This document shows positions 9,269 to 17,356 of a stretch of 64,000 nt of DNA, one piece after another. Each line of letters starts with the position of its first letter. Positions within the stretch are counted from its first letter, which is position 1. The notes under the pieces are model-generated. The model ran no database searches. It had not been told where the DNA came from and saw nothing but the letters and a program-made list of their open reading frames with translations. Location of the stretch: positions 1,629-65,628 of the forward strand of contig JBHWOX010000009.1 of assembly GCA_043424615.1 (NCBI GenBank), written 5' to 3'. The position numbers and the translations under genes were made by a program. This stretch comes from Atopococcus sp. (GTDB taxonomy: Bacteria > Bacillota > Bacilli > Lactobacillales > Carnobacteriaceae_A).

Positions 9269-9344
9269 ATTAAATCCCTTGTGTTTTTTTATGATTTGTT
9301 TGATAATTTTCAAGTAAAATTCAATGACAGATAGGAGATTACCC

Positions 9345-10679
9345 ATGTCAAACTGGACCAAACAAGCAATTATCAATGACGCTGAAAGACAAGATGTTCA
9401 CTTTATCCGCCTAGCTTTCACTGATATGAATGGCTTTTTCAAGAATGTTGAAGTGCCCATATACCAGCTTGAAAAAGTGCTCAACAATGAAACCATGTTT
9501 GACGGTTCTTCTATTGCCGGTTTTGCAAAAATCGAGTCGTCGGATATGTACCTTCACCCTGACTTATCCACTTGGACTGTTTTTTCAAATGAAGACCCGA
9601 CCCAGAGCGTGGCCTTTTTAATCTGTAATGTCCACGATGCTGAAGGACGCCCTTTTGCTGGAGATCCGCGAGGGAATCTGGTCCAAAAGATGGAGGGCTT
9701 GAAAGAATACGGCTTTACGGACTTTAATTTAGGAGCGGAAGCTGAATTCTACTTATTCAAACGTGATGAAAATGGTCAACCGACTCTTGAGCCCAATGAC
9801 CGTGCCTTTTATTTCGATATGAACCCGACTGACTTAGGAGAAGCTTGCCGCCGTGACATTGTCATGCAATTGGATGAATTGGGCTTTTCAGTGGAGGCCC
9901 ACCACCATGAATGCGGGCTAGGGCAACATGAGATCAATTTTAAATTTTCAAGTGTGGTGGAAGCCTGTGACCGCATCCAAATCTTTAAATGGATTGTCAA
10001 AACAACGGCTCCTAAATATGGCCTACACGCCAGCTTCATGCCAAAACCTTTGTTCAATGATGCAGGTAACGGCATGCATTGTAATATGTCCTTGATGGCC
10101 GAAGATAGCAATGCTTTTTACGATGAACACTCGTCTTCTGCTTTATCAGATACAGCCATGCATTTTATGGCAGGGATTTTAGAACATTCCCCAGCCATTA
10201 CCGCCATTGCCAACCCCATCGTGAACTCTTATAAACGCTTGGTGCCTGGTTTTGAAGCGCCCGTTTACATTGCCTGGTCTGCTCAAAACCGCACCCCCCT
10301 CATCCGTATCCCTGCTTCTCGGGGAATGGGGACACGCATCGAGTTACGGTCCGTCGACCCAGCAGCTAACCCTTACTTGACCATGGCCGTCCTCCTTCAA
10401 AGTGGCTTGGATGGCATCCAACGCCAATTAGACCCCGGAGAGCCGGTGGATGAAAATATTTTCAAAATGACTGCCAATGACTTAAAAGAGCGCGGAATCA
10501 AACAACTGCCAACGACTTTAGGGGAGGCAATCAAGGCCCTTGAAGCAGATAAAGAAGTGAAAGCGGCTTTAGGAGAGCAAATTGCTAGCCACTTCATCCA
10601 AGAGAAGCGGCAAGAATTCTACGACTATGAAATGCAAGTAACCTCCTGGGAAATCGACCGTTATTTTAACCATATTTAA
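9345..10679 (+). CDS. glnA: Glutamine synthetase, type I
   Basis: 444 aa from ATG 9345 (SD AGGAGA 9333-9338). It shows FTDMNGFFKNVEVP, GAEAEFYLF, HHECGLGQHEINF, NGMHCNMSL and NSYKRLVPGFEAP, all typical of GSI. Confidence 0.95.
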   Translation: MSNWTKQAIINDAERQDVHFIRLAFTDMNGFFKNVEVPIYQLEKVLNNETMFDGSSIAGFAKIESSDMYLHPDLSTWTVFSNEDPTQSVAFLICNVHDAEGRPFAGDPRGNLVQKMEGLKEYGFTDFNLGAEAEFYLFKRDENGQPTLEPNDRAFYFDMNPTDLGEACRRDIVMQLDELGFSVEAHHHECGLGQHEINFKFSSVVEACDRIQIFKWIVKTTAPKYGLHASFMPKPLFNDAGNGMHCNMSLMAEDSNAFYDEHSSSALSDTAMHFMAGILEHSPAITAIANPIVNSYKRLVPGFEAPVYIAWSAQNRTPLIRIPASRGMGTRIELRSVDPAANPYLTMAVLLQSGLDGIQRQLDPGEPVDENIFKMTANDLKERGIKQLPTTLGEAIKALEADKEVKAALGEQIASHFIQEKRQEFYDYEMQVTSWEIDRYFNHI

Positions 10680-10687
10680 GACTTTCG

Positions 10688-10712
10688 ACCGCCTGTTCAG
10701 GCGGTTTTTCTA
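10688..10712 (+). terminator. glnA terminator
   Basis: ACCGCCTG-TT-CAGGCGGT, then TTTTTC. Confidence 0.8.
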
Positions 10713-10743
10713 TTGGAAAAAGCCTCTCTCATTAAACAAAACA

Positions 10744-10770
10744 AGCCCTGGTTCGGCCGGAACCAGGGCT
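10744..10770 (-). terminator. nusG terminator
   Basis: AGCCCTGGTTC-GGCCG-GAACCAGGGCT hairpin. The minus strand continues TGTTTTGTTT. Confidence 0.7.
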
Positions 10771-10775
10771 TTAAC

Positions 10776-11333
10776 TTAGGCTTGATTATAAATTTTTGAT
10801 ATTTGATCGTAGTCCAATTCAGCTGATGTTTGGCGGCCGAACATTTCGATGGAAACATGGACTTTTCCTTTTTCTTCGTCGGTGGCCTCAACGACCCCTT
10901 CCATGCCTTCGAAGGCCCCTTCATTCACAGATACACGTTCGCCAATCTCCAAATCGATATTGCGGCGGCGGGTATTGATTTGTTCTGGATTCAAGAGGGC
11001 TTCCACTTCATCTTCTAACAGTGGAGCAGGTTTACTTCCTGCCCCTTGTGATCCTACAAAACCTGTCACACCAGGGGTATTACGAACCACATACCAGGCT
11101 TGGTCAGACATGATCATTTCCACAAGCACATAGCCAGGGAAGATTTTTTTGGTCTTGGTTTGGTCATCACTCTTAGGATCGGGCACTTCTTCCGTCGGCA
11201 CCATCACACGAAAGATATTTTCTTCCATGGCCATGCTTTCTTTCCGCAGGTCAATGTTTTGTTTGACTTTGTTTTCATAACCTGAATAAGTGTGCAACAC
11301 ATACCATCTTTTATCCGCTTCATTTACTGCCAT
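10776..11333 (-). CDS. nusG: Transcription termination/antitermination factor NusG
   Basis: 185 aa: KRWYVLHTYSGYENKVKQNI...KIFPGYVLVEM...WYVVRNTPGVTGFVG, with a C-terminal KOW region (GERVSVNEGAFEGMEGVV). Confidence 0.95.
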   Translation of the reverse strand: MAVNEADKRWYVLHTYSGYENKVKQNIDLRKESMAMEENIFRVMVPTEEVPDPKSDDQTKTKKIFPGYVLVEMIMSDQAWYVVRNTPGVTGFVGSQGAGSKPAPLLEDEVEALLNPEQINTRRRNIDLEIGERVSVNEGAFEGMEGVVEATDEEKGKVHVSIEMFGRQTSAELDYDQISKIYNQA

Positions 11334-11360
11334 CGTAAACCTCCATTTTCATTTTTTATA

Positions 11361-11387
11361 AATAAAAAAACCTTCTGCTCGAAGGTT
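11361..11387 (-). terminator. Intrinsic-terminator-like hairpin between secE and nusG
   Basis: The minus-strand RNA reads AACCTTC-GAGCA-GAAGGTT followed by TTTTTTTATTT. It lies about 30 nt upstream of the nusG SD. Confidence 0.55.
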
Positions 11388-11447
11388 CAAAAGATTGCTT
11401 GGTCTCTATCAGTATAGCACAGCAGGAAGGAATCGCTCAATAGTCTT

Positions 11448-11618
11448 TTAACGGATAATCCAGCCTAAAGCTTTTTGAACAATCCAGTCTACCGCGTAAA
11501 AGAAAATAGAGAACAAAATAATCGTTGAAAAAACGGTACCAGAGTCACTCATCAATTCTTTTCCGCCTGGCCAGTCGACCTGTTTCATTTCGTGGGCGAC
11601 TTCTTTAAAAAATCCCAT
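11448..11618 (-). CDS. secE: Preprotein translocase subunit SecE (56 aa; too short for the ORF track)
   Basis: My own translation: MGFFKEVAHEMKQVDWPGGKELMSDSGTVFSTIILFSIFFYAVDWIVQKALGWIIR*. SD GGAGG precedes the ATG. It has the conserved position between rpmG and nusG. Confidence 0.85.
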   Translation of the reverse strand: MGFFKEVAHEMKQVDWPGGKELMSDSGTVFSTIILFSIFFYAVDWIVQKALGWIIR

Positions 11619-11627
11619 GTCAACCTC

Positions 11628-11783
11628 CTATTTATCTTCTCGGTGTAAGGTGTGTTTTTTACAGTGTTTACAAAATTTCTTTAATTCTAAACGTTCCGTT
11701 CGGGTTGAACTTTCACTTTTCGGTGAGGCATAATTGCGTGCACCACAAACCGTACAAGCTAAGACTAATTTTTTTGCTGCCAC
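11628..11783 (-). CDS. rpmG: 50S ribosomal protein L33 (51 aa)
   Basis: My own translation from GTG 11783: (M)[50 protein letters not shown]. CxxC...CxxC zinc ribbon. SD GAGGG. Confidence 0.88.
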   Translation of the reverse strand: MAAKKLVLACTVCGARNYASPKSESSTRTERLELKKFCKHCKKHTLHREDK

Positions 11784-11814
11784 ATCTATCCCTCATTTCT
11801 TTTCATACCTAATT

Positions 11815-11843
11815 ATCCTAGCACATGATAACTTAACAGTCAA
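11815..11843 (-). promoter_or_regulatory. Candidate sigma-A promoter for rpmG-secE
   Basis: On the minus strand: TTGACT (11838-11843), 17 nt, then TAGGAT(AAT) (11815-11820). Confidence 0.4.
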
Positions 11844-11900
11844 TGCATGATCCCCTAGCCTATGGTAAACTACAAACAAGTCAAACAAAGGAGTTTTTTT

Positions 11901-12587
11901 ATGACACCCACTATTTTATACGAAGATAACCACTTGCTCTGTGTGCAAAAACCGGTCAATATGCCGGTGCAAGAAGATGCCTCTGGGGATTTAGATCTTC
12001 TAACTGCCCTCAAGCAATTTATTAAAGAACGTGACCATAAACCAGGTAATGTTTTTTTAGCTCTGGTCCACCGCCTAGACCGGCCCGTCGGTGGAGCCAT
12101 GGTGTTTGCCAAAACATCCAAGGCTGCCTCCCGCCTAGCCAATGAAATCCAACATGGTCGATTCGACCGCTCATACTTGGCCGTGGTTCACGGGAAAGTT
12201 CAACCCGCCCAAGATACCTTGGAAGATTATCTGTGGAAAGATCAAGGTAAAAATATGTCCTTCGTCGTTGAAAAAAATAAAAAGAAGGCAAAATTTGCCC
12301 GCCTTTCTTACCGTAGCTTGGACCAGCAGGAAGGATTGAGCTTATTGGAAGTGACCTTAGACACCGGCCGCTCCCACCAAATTCGCGTCCAACTCAGCCA
12401 TATCCACCATCCCATCTGGGGCGACCAAAAGTATGGCCAAGAGCAAGCTAAAGTAGGCCAGCAAATTGCCTTATGGGCCAAGGACTTAGCTTTTAAGCAT
12501 CCGACCAAGGATGAAATCATTCGTGTCCACTGCCTGCCCGACCAAAAGCAACCTTGGTACTTATTCTCAACCGATATAATGGATTAA
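11901..12587 (+). CDS. RluA-family 23S/tRNA pseudouridine synthase
   Basis: HRLDRPVGGAMVFAKT (catalytic Asp motif) and GRSHQIRVQLS. ATG 11901 follows AAAGGAG. There is no S4 domain. Confidence 0.85.
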   Translation: MTPTILYEDNHLLCVQKPVNMPVQEDASGDLDLLTALKQFIKERDHKPGNVFLALVHRLDRPVGGAMVFAKTSKAASRLANEIQHGRFDRSYLAVVHGKVQPAQDTLEDYLWKDQGKNMSFVVEKNKKKAKFARLSYRSLDQQEGLSLLEVTLDTGRSHQIRVQLSHIHHPIWGDQKYGQEQAKVGQQIALWAKDLAFKHPTKDEIIRVHCLPDQKQPWYLFSTDIMD

Positions 12588-12601
12588 AGGCTGTGCTTAA
12601 C

Positions 12602-12965
12602 TTATCCACACTTATCCACATCTTCACATGTCCTCCAAGCGCATTATTGAGCACTTTTGTTAAAAAAAGCCTCTGTTTTTCCACACTTATCCACAGTTAT
12701 CCACACTTTTGAACACGTCTTTAACAGCTCTTCAGAAAGCTTAGATATCAGTCTTTATTCGACTTATTTATTAACCTTATAAGTCGATATCCACAAGTTT
12801 TTCAGAAGGGTGTGAATAACTTTTCCTCAAGAATCGTTATTATTCACACTTAGACGGACTTATCCACAGTTTCTCTTTTTCCTGTGATTTAAAGTGGACA
12901 AATATGGGCCACCTCCCCTGTTGCTTGCAAGACCAAGCATGCACTTACTTTTAAAGTGTGAATAA
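12602..12965. promoter_or_regulatory. DnaA-box cluster (about 10 boxes in 365 bp)
   Basis: Perfect TTATCCACA at 12602, 12612, 12687, 12697 and 12860. TTATTCACA at 12840, and as TGTGAATAA at 12811 and 12957. One-mismatch boxes: TTTTCCACA at 12677 and ATATCCACA at 12787. An AT-rich stretch lies at about 12750-12786. Confidence 0.85.
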
Positions 12966-13002
12966 ATCTTGGAGGGGGACCCTATCTTCTTTCTATTATT
13001 TA

Positions 13003-13080
13003 AAACAAAAAGACCTGCCCATCCAGTGGCCTCCCCTCCTTGCGAGGGAAGAGGAGCTGATGGCAGCAGGTCTTATTTTT
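13003..13080. terminator. Long imperfect hairpin; bidirectional terminator downstream of htrA
   Basis: AAGACCTGCCCATCCAGTGGCCTCCCCTCCTTGCGAGGGAAGAGGAGCTGATGGCAGCAGGTCTT (13010-13074), flanked by A/T runs on both sides. Confidence 0.65.
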
Positions 13081-13095
13081 ATTGGGAAAAAGTCA

Positions 13096-14298
13096 TTAAA
13101 TCGAATCGGCTGGACGCATGGTTACTGTGGTCGTTTGTTTTTCACCATCGCGGTAAAATTCTAATTCGACTTCTGAGCCGACTTCAGAGCTGTAGATGTT
13201 TTGACGAAGTTCGACACTGCCCGTCACAGGTTCGCCATTGAAGCCAACAATCACGTCATAATCTTGTAGGCCGGCATCATCGGCTGGTGAGCCTGGGACC
13301 ACACTGGAAACCACTACCCCTTGTTCCAAGTCTTCAGGGAGTTTCAAGAGAGCTTGTTCATCCGCGGAAATGAAGGAAAGATCCATCAAACCAATCCCGA
13401 GATAAGGACGGATGACCTCACCGTTTTCTTCCAGCTGTTTCACTATATCTTTCACGTCGTTAGAAGGAATGGCAAAGCCCATCCCTTCGACAGTTGAGCT
13501 GGAAATTTTCATAGAGTTGATTCCAATGACTTGGCCAGCCGCATTGACTAAAGCCCCACCAGAGTTTCCTGGGTTAATGGCAGCGTCCGTTTGGATAGCG
13601 GATGTTTCCCAGTCCACTTGTTGGTCTCCATCGGTATCCACTGGCACGGAACGGCCGATCCCCGAAATAATACCGGCAGTCACTGAAGAAGCGAATTCTG
13701 TTCCAAGAGGGGAACCGATGGCAATAGCAGGTTCTCCCACTACGAGTTGGTCAGAATCACCAAATTCTGCCACAGTCGTCACGGCGTCATTTGGTATTTT
13801 AAGAACGGCTAGGTCTGTCCACACATCACTTCCGACGAGTTCCGCTTCAACGGTGGTGCCATCCATGAATAACACTTCTAGGGCATCAGAACCGTCCACC
13901 ACGTGGTTATTGGTCACCACATAGGCGTCGCCACCTTCTGACTTGTAGATGACCCCACTACCGGTTCCGGCTTGTTCTAAGGTCGGTTCGCCACTCATAT
14001 CAGGAGTAGGCAAACCATAGAAGTCCAAGATACTGCTCAAGTCTCCATTGATTTGTTGCATGTTCATGACGGAGACCACGGCTTCGTCAGCCGCTTCCAC
14101 AGCAGCTGTAACGCCAGACGCAAAGTCTGTTGAGCCTTGCGGTTTTTTATTATCTTTTTCTGTGCCTTGGCTGCTTTGTTCTTCTTGTTGAGCATCTTGA
14201 TTGCCAGAGGGCTCATCTTCTGTTGTGGCGGTGTCACAGGCCGTTAGTAGAGTGGCAGCTGATAAGAGGCTGACCAGTAATTTCTTTTTATTCAACAT
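13096..14298 (-). CDS. htrA: HtrA/DegP-family serine protease with PDZ domain
   Basis: An N-terminal membrane anchor/lipobox-like LLTAC, TNNHVV (His), TDAAINPGNSGGALVN (catalytic Ser) and a C-terminal PDZ. It is the last gene of the walRK operon block. Confidence 0.92.
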   Translation of the reverse strand: MLNKKKLLVSLLSAATLLTACDTATTEDEPSGNQDAQQEEQSSQGTEKDNKKPQGSTDFASGVTAAVEAADEAVVSVMNMQQINGDLSSILDFYGLPTPDMSGEPTLEQAGTGSGVIYKSEGGDAYVVTNNHVVDGSDALEVLFMDGTTVEAELVGSDVWTDLAVLKIPNDAVTTVAEFGDSDQLVVGEPAIAIGSPLGTEFASSVTAGIISGIGRSVPVDTDGDQQVDWETSAIQTDAAINPGNSGGALVNAAGQVIGINSMKISSSTVEGMGFAIPSNDVKDIVKQLEENGEVIRPYLGIGLMDLSFISADEQALLKLPEDLEQGVVVSSVVPGSPADDAGLQDYDVIVGFNGEPVTGSVELRQNIYSSEVGSEVELEFYRDGEKQTTTVTMRPADSI

Positions 14299-14376
14299 CC
14301 ATTCACTCCTTTGAATGACTCTTGCTAGTATTAGGCTAAGGTTAAAGAAAGATTTTTAAGAAAGACTTAAATTCAT

Positions 14377-15186
14377 TTAAATAGTGTATAAAGATGTCGC
14401 TTCTTCTGGATCGGTATCATAGAGCCAAAATTGGTGGTTCACACCACAATCTTTGGCGGTCAAGATATCCGTGGACGTTTGCCGAGCGACCTCTTTGACA
14501 TTGTTTTCCTTGGACAAGTGGCCCAGATAGACACGTTTGGTTTTATCGCCGACCATTTCAGCTAGGGCCAAGGCCCCATCATCATTGGACAGATGGCCCT
14601 TATCTGACAGGATCCGTTGTTTGAGATGCCAAGGATACTTGCCATAACGTAATAATTCAACATCATGGTTGCTTTCAAACAGATAGCAGTCCGCGTTTTT
14701 TAGCATGGAACGCATGCGGTCACTCACATAACCTGTATCCGTCAGCATGACGAAGCTCTTATTGTTCTGGTGGAAGGCATAGAATTGGGGGGCTGCGGCA
14801 TCATGGCTGACACCGAAGCTTTGGATATCCAAGTCTTTTAAGGTCAAGACGGTCTCCATAGGAAAGACAAAGCGTTGGTCGTCTTTAATCTTGCCAATCT
14901 TACCTTCCATAGCCTGCCAGGTCTCTTCATTGGCGTAAATGGGGAGATGATAGCGACGGGCCAGGACCCCCACTCCCTGAATATGGTCGGAATGCTCATG
15001 AGTGACGAGAATGGCATCTAAGTCTTGGGGATCACGCTGGATAGAGGCCAATAAGTCTTCAATTTTTTTACCACTGAGGCCCGCGTCAATTAAGAGGCGG
15101 ACTTGGTTGGTTTCAACATAGGTCGAATTTCCTGTCGATCCACTCGCCAGGATACTCATACGAATACCATCTGAATCAAATATCAC
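14377..15186 (-). CDS. walJ: MBL-fold metallo-hydrolase WalJ/YycJ
   Basis: SILASGSTGNSTYVE...LLIDAGLSGK...THEHSDHIQG. GTG start after AAAGGAG. Conserved operon position. Confidence 0.85.
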   Translation of the reverse strand: MIFDSDGIRMSILASGSTGNSTYVETNQVRLLIDAGLSGKKIEDLLASIQRDPQDLDAILVTHEHSDHIQGVGVLARRYHLPIYANEETWQAMEGKIGKIKDDQRFVFPMETVLTLKDLDIQSFGVSHDAAAPQFYAFHQNNKSFVMLTDTGYVSDRMRSMLKNADCYLFESNHDVELLRYGKYPWHLKQRILSDKGHLSNDDGALALAEMVGDKTKRVYLGHLSKENNVKEVARQTSTDILTAKDCGVNHQFWLYDTDPEEATSLYTI

Positions 15187-15200
15187 ATTAAAACGCTCCT

Positions 15201-16043
15201 TTATTGACTTGAGCTTTCTTCTTCTTCATCGCTTGGAGGCGGCAGAGTGGGAACAATAATGGTCCCATTGGTCGCATTGACCCGCTCTTCTATGATCTTG
15301 CCGGAATGTTTCATCTGAACCAGCCACACCGGAATATACATACTCAGATCATCCAGTTCTAAGGTGCGGTGGTAGCTAAGCCGGGGTTTTAAGACTTGCG
15401 ATCCGGAGGGAATTTTATTGTTTTGGAATAATGTTTCAACCGCTGCCTGGTCGGTAATCAACGCCACATCTTGTCCCTGCTCACTGGTAGGACCCGCGAA
15501 GGTTTGTTCATAGGACACAATATTATTCTGGCTGTCGAGGATGAAACGGATGCTTGAACTTCCATCCGCTATAGGAATATCGCCCACCATCTGGGTATAA
15601 ATAATTTCTTGAAGTTGGGGGTGGTAGTCAAAGAATTGATAGTGGTCGCCATACATGACGGCGGAAGAGCGAACAAAGTCGTCAATTTTCTGCCGGTCTT
15701 CTTTAGTCAGCTCTTCTTCTTCTGATAATTCAATGGGTGAGGACAAGATGGCGACATAGGTCTTGCCGTCATCACTTAACTGGCCCGTTTGATTGGGCAG
15801 GCCAGGGGCTGATTCAGCCAGTAATTGGTGGTCTTCTGTTTGGATATAGGGCAAGGCCAGCTCCTTTTGATCCAAGGCCTCCACCACGATATTATTGCTT
15901 TCCATTTCATCTAAGACATTAATGGAAGGCGACTGGGAGGAGAAATCGACAAAATTATTTTGTTCAAAGACAATGGATAATAAAAACAAATTTAACAAGA
16001 AGAAAGCCAATATTAAAATCCGTTCAATGCGTTTAAAATCCAT
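15201..16043 (-). CDS. yycI: WalK-regulatory protein YycI
   Basis: 280 aa with a single N-terminal TM (RILILAFFLLNLFLLSIVF). Size and position after yycH fit YycI. Confidence 0.75.
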   Translation of the reverse strand: MDFKRIERILILAFFLLNLFLLSIVFEQNNFVDFSSQSPSINVLDEMESNNIVVEALDQKELALPYIQTEDHQLLAESAPGLPNQTGQLSDDGKTYVAILSSPIELSEEEELTKEDRQKIDDFVRSSAVMYGDHYQFFDYHPQLQEIIYTQMVGDIPIADGSSSIRFILDSQNNIVSYEQTFAGPTSEQGQDVALITDQAAVETLFQNNKIPSGSQVLKPRLSYHRTLELDDLSMYIPVWLVQMKHSGKIIEERVNATNGTIIVPTLPPPSDEEEESSSQ

Positions 16044-16057
16044 TTTCCTATCCCCCC

Positions 16058-17356
16058 TTAATTATCGTTTTCAATTAATTCTTCTAAGCTGTACCATTTG
16101 TCATTATAATTCACAAACCATTGAGGAGTAAAATGAACCACTCGGTCACTTTCATCGCTATATTCCCACTTCATTCCAGCACGAATGCTGTTGACTTGGT
16201 TAGAGTCAATGGTTGAATTTCTTAATTTTTCAGCCACCGTCTGGCCATCGTCTAAGGTGCGGATGTGCTCATCTTGCTGGGCGTCAATGGGTGTCTGGGC
16301 GATGGTTAAATTCAGCTGTAAATAAACCAATTCGTCTTGATAGACGCTAATTTCAGCAATATCTTCGCCATTTTGGGCAAAGACGGGATAGCCGTTTAAA
16401 TAACGGCGGAAACGCACAGTGGAATGGGATGGGTTCATCTGGTCATAGTGTAAACCATGTGGCCAATTTTCAAATTGATTCAGCAGCTGGAAGCTATTTT
16501 TGAAAGTTTCGTCAATGCTGTTATGGCTCTCATCAATGCCTTGCCGGCTATACTTGAGGATATTATAATCTTCATTCACAGACAGCTCGGAATATAGGTC
16601 ATTGTAACGAACAGAACTACTTAGATAGCGCACATTCACTTCTGAGGGATCGTCGAAGAGCTGATCGACATAAATGTTGTTCGGCAGCCGTTCCAACAGG
16701 TAGTCTTGGTCTTTTATTTCTACCGTATTCAAGGGCAAGTAGATTGGGGTATTGCCAAAAAAGTGCATGTTGACCTGGTGGGTCTTGACCCCATGGGAGT
16801 CTATTTGCTGGCTCAGTTGTTTGATGTAGCTTCCATTAGCCTGACCTTCGTAGAGTTTTTGATTGTCAGAATTATAAAAGAGGACACGTTCGGGTTGGTT
16901 CACCGGGAAAATCATAAAGTCATAAGTCTGCCCTCTGACCGAATCATCCAGGCTAGCAACCATCGGAGTGAAGCTGGAAAAAGGAATGCTATGGTCAAAA
17001 GTGTGGATGAAAGTCGGTTCAGATTGGAAGAGTTCATAGGCCTGGTAAGCGGTCACTCCTTCTTCGATCAAACGGATGTCGGTCAATTCCTCATCTTCAG
17101 CCGCTGAATCTGCATTGAAGTCTGCTAAATTTTCAGTGTTGACCATCTGCATGCCCTCTGGCCCGTGGTAAACAATCTGGGCAGGGGCCAGCACATGGAC
17201 CTTTAGACTTTCCTGGTTGATGCTTTGCGTGGTTCTTTTCTGGCCGGTCTCTTCTTCTATGGGGTAGTCGTTGACAGTCAAAATCAACCAGCTCAGGGCT
17301 AAACTGGTGAAAATTAAAACAGTTAAAGCCATCGTTCGTATGATGCTTTTTTTCAT
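16058..17356 (-). CDS. yycH: WalK-regulatory protein YycH
   Basis: About 432 aa with an N-terminal TM. ATG 17354-17356 overlaps the walK TAA by 1 nt (TAATG), with GAGGAGG 10 nt upstream. The ORF-track TTG at 17365 sits too close to the SD. Confidence 0.75.
   Translation of the reverse strand: MKKSIIRTMALTVLIFTSLALSWLILTVNDYPIEEETGQKRTTQSINQESLKVHVLAPAQIVYHGPEGMQMVNTENLADFNADSAAEDEELTDIRLIEEGVTAYQAYELFQSEPTFIHTFDHSIPFSSFTPMVASLDDSVRGQTYDFMIFPVNQPERVLFYNSDNQKLYEGQANGSYIKQLSQQIDSHGVKTHQVNMHFFGNTPIYLPLNTVEIKDQDYLLERLPNNIYVDQLFDDPSEVNVRYLSSSVRYNDLYSELSVNEDYNILKYSRQGIDESHNSIDETFKNSFQLLNQFENWPHGLHYDQMNPSHSTVRFRRYLNGYPVFAQNGEDIAEISVYQDELVYLQLNLTIAQTPIDAQQDEHIRTLDDGQTVAEKLRNSTIDSNQVNSIRAGMKWEYSDESDRVVHFTPQWFVNYNDKWYSLEELIENDN

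Noticed and set aside
9270-9344. The TTGATAATTTTCAA dyad upstream of glnA as a possible GlnR/TnrA operator.
   Set aside because: It does not fit TGTNA-N7-TNACA, and it is an AT-rich 4-bp-arm palindrome that could easily arise by chance.
10697-11285. A set of 60-94-aa ORFs overlapping nusG on both strands.
   Set aside because: nusG is unambiguous, and these are frame shadows.
12602-12965. The repeated TTATCCACA units might be a CRISPR array or a mobile-element terminal repeat. I also asked whether the region is the chromosomal origin proper.
   Set aside because: The units are 9 bp, irregularly spaced, in both orientations, and match the DnaA-box consensus. That rules out CRISPR and inverted repeats. 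A true oriC is not excluded but seems less likely. No dnaA/dnaN is adjacent, the region lies between convergent 3' ends, and gene orientation does not switch.
12958-13241. Plus-strand ORFs of 68 and 90 aa downstream of the DnaA boxes.
   Set aside because: They run through the long terminator hairpin and into the antisense of the htrA 3' end. There is no SD.
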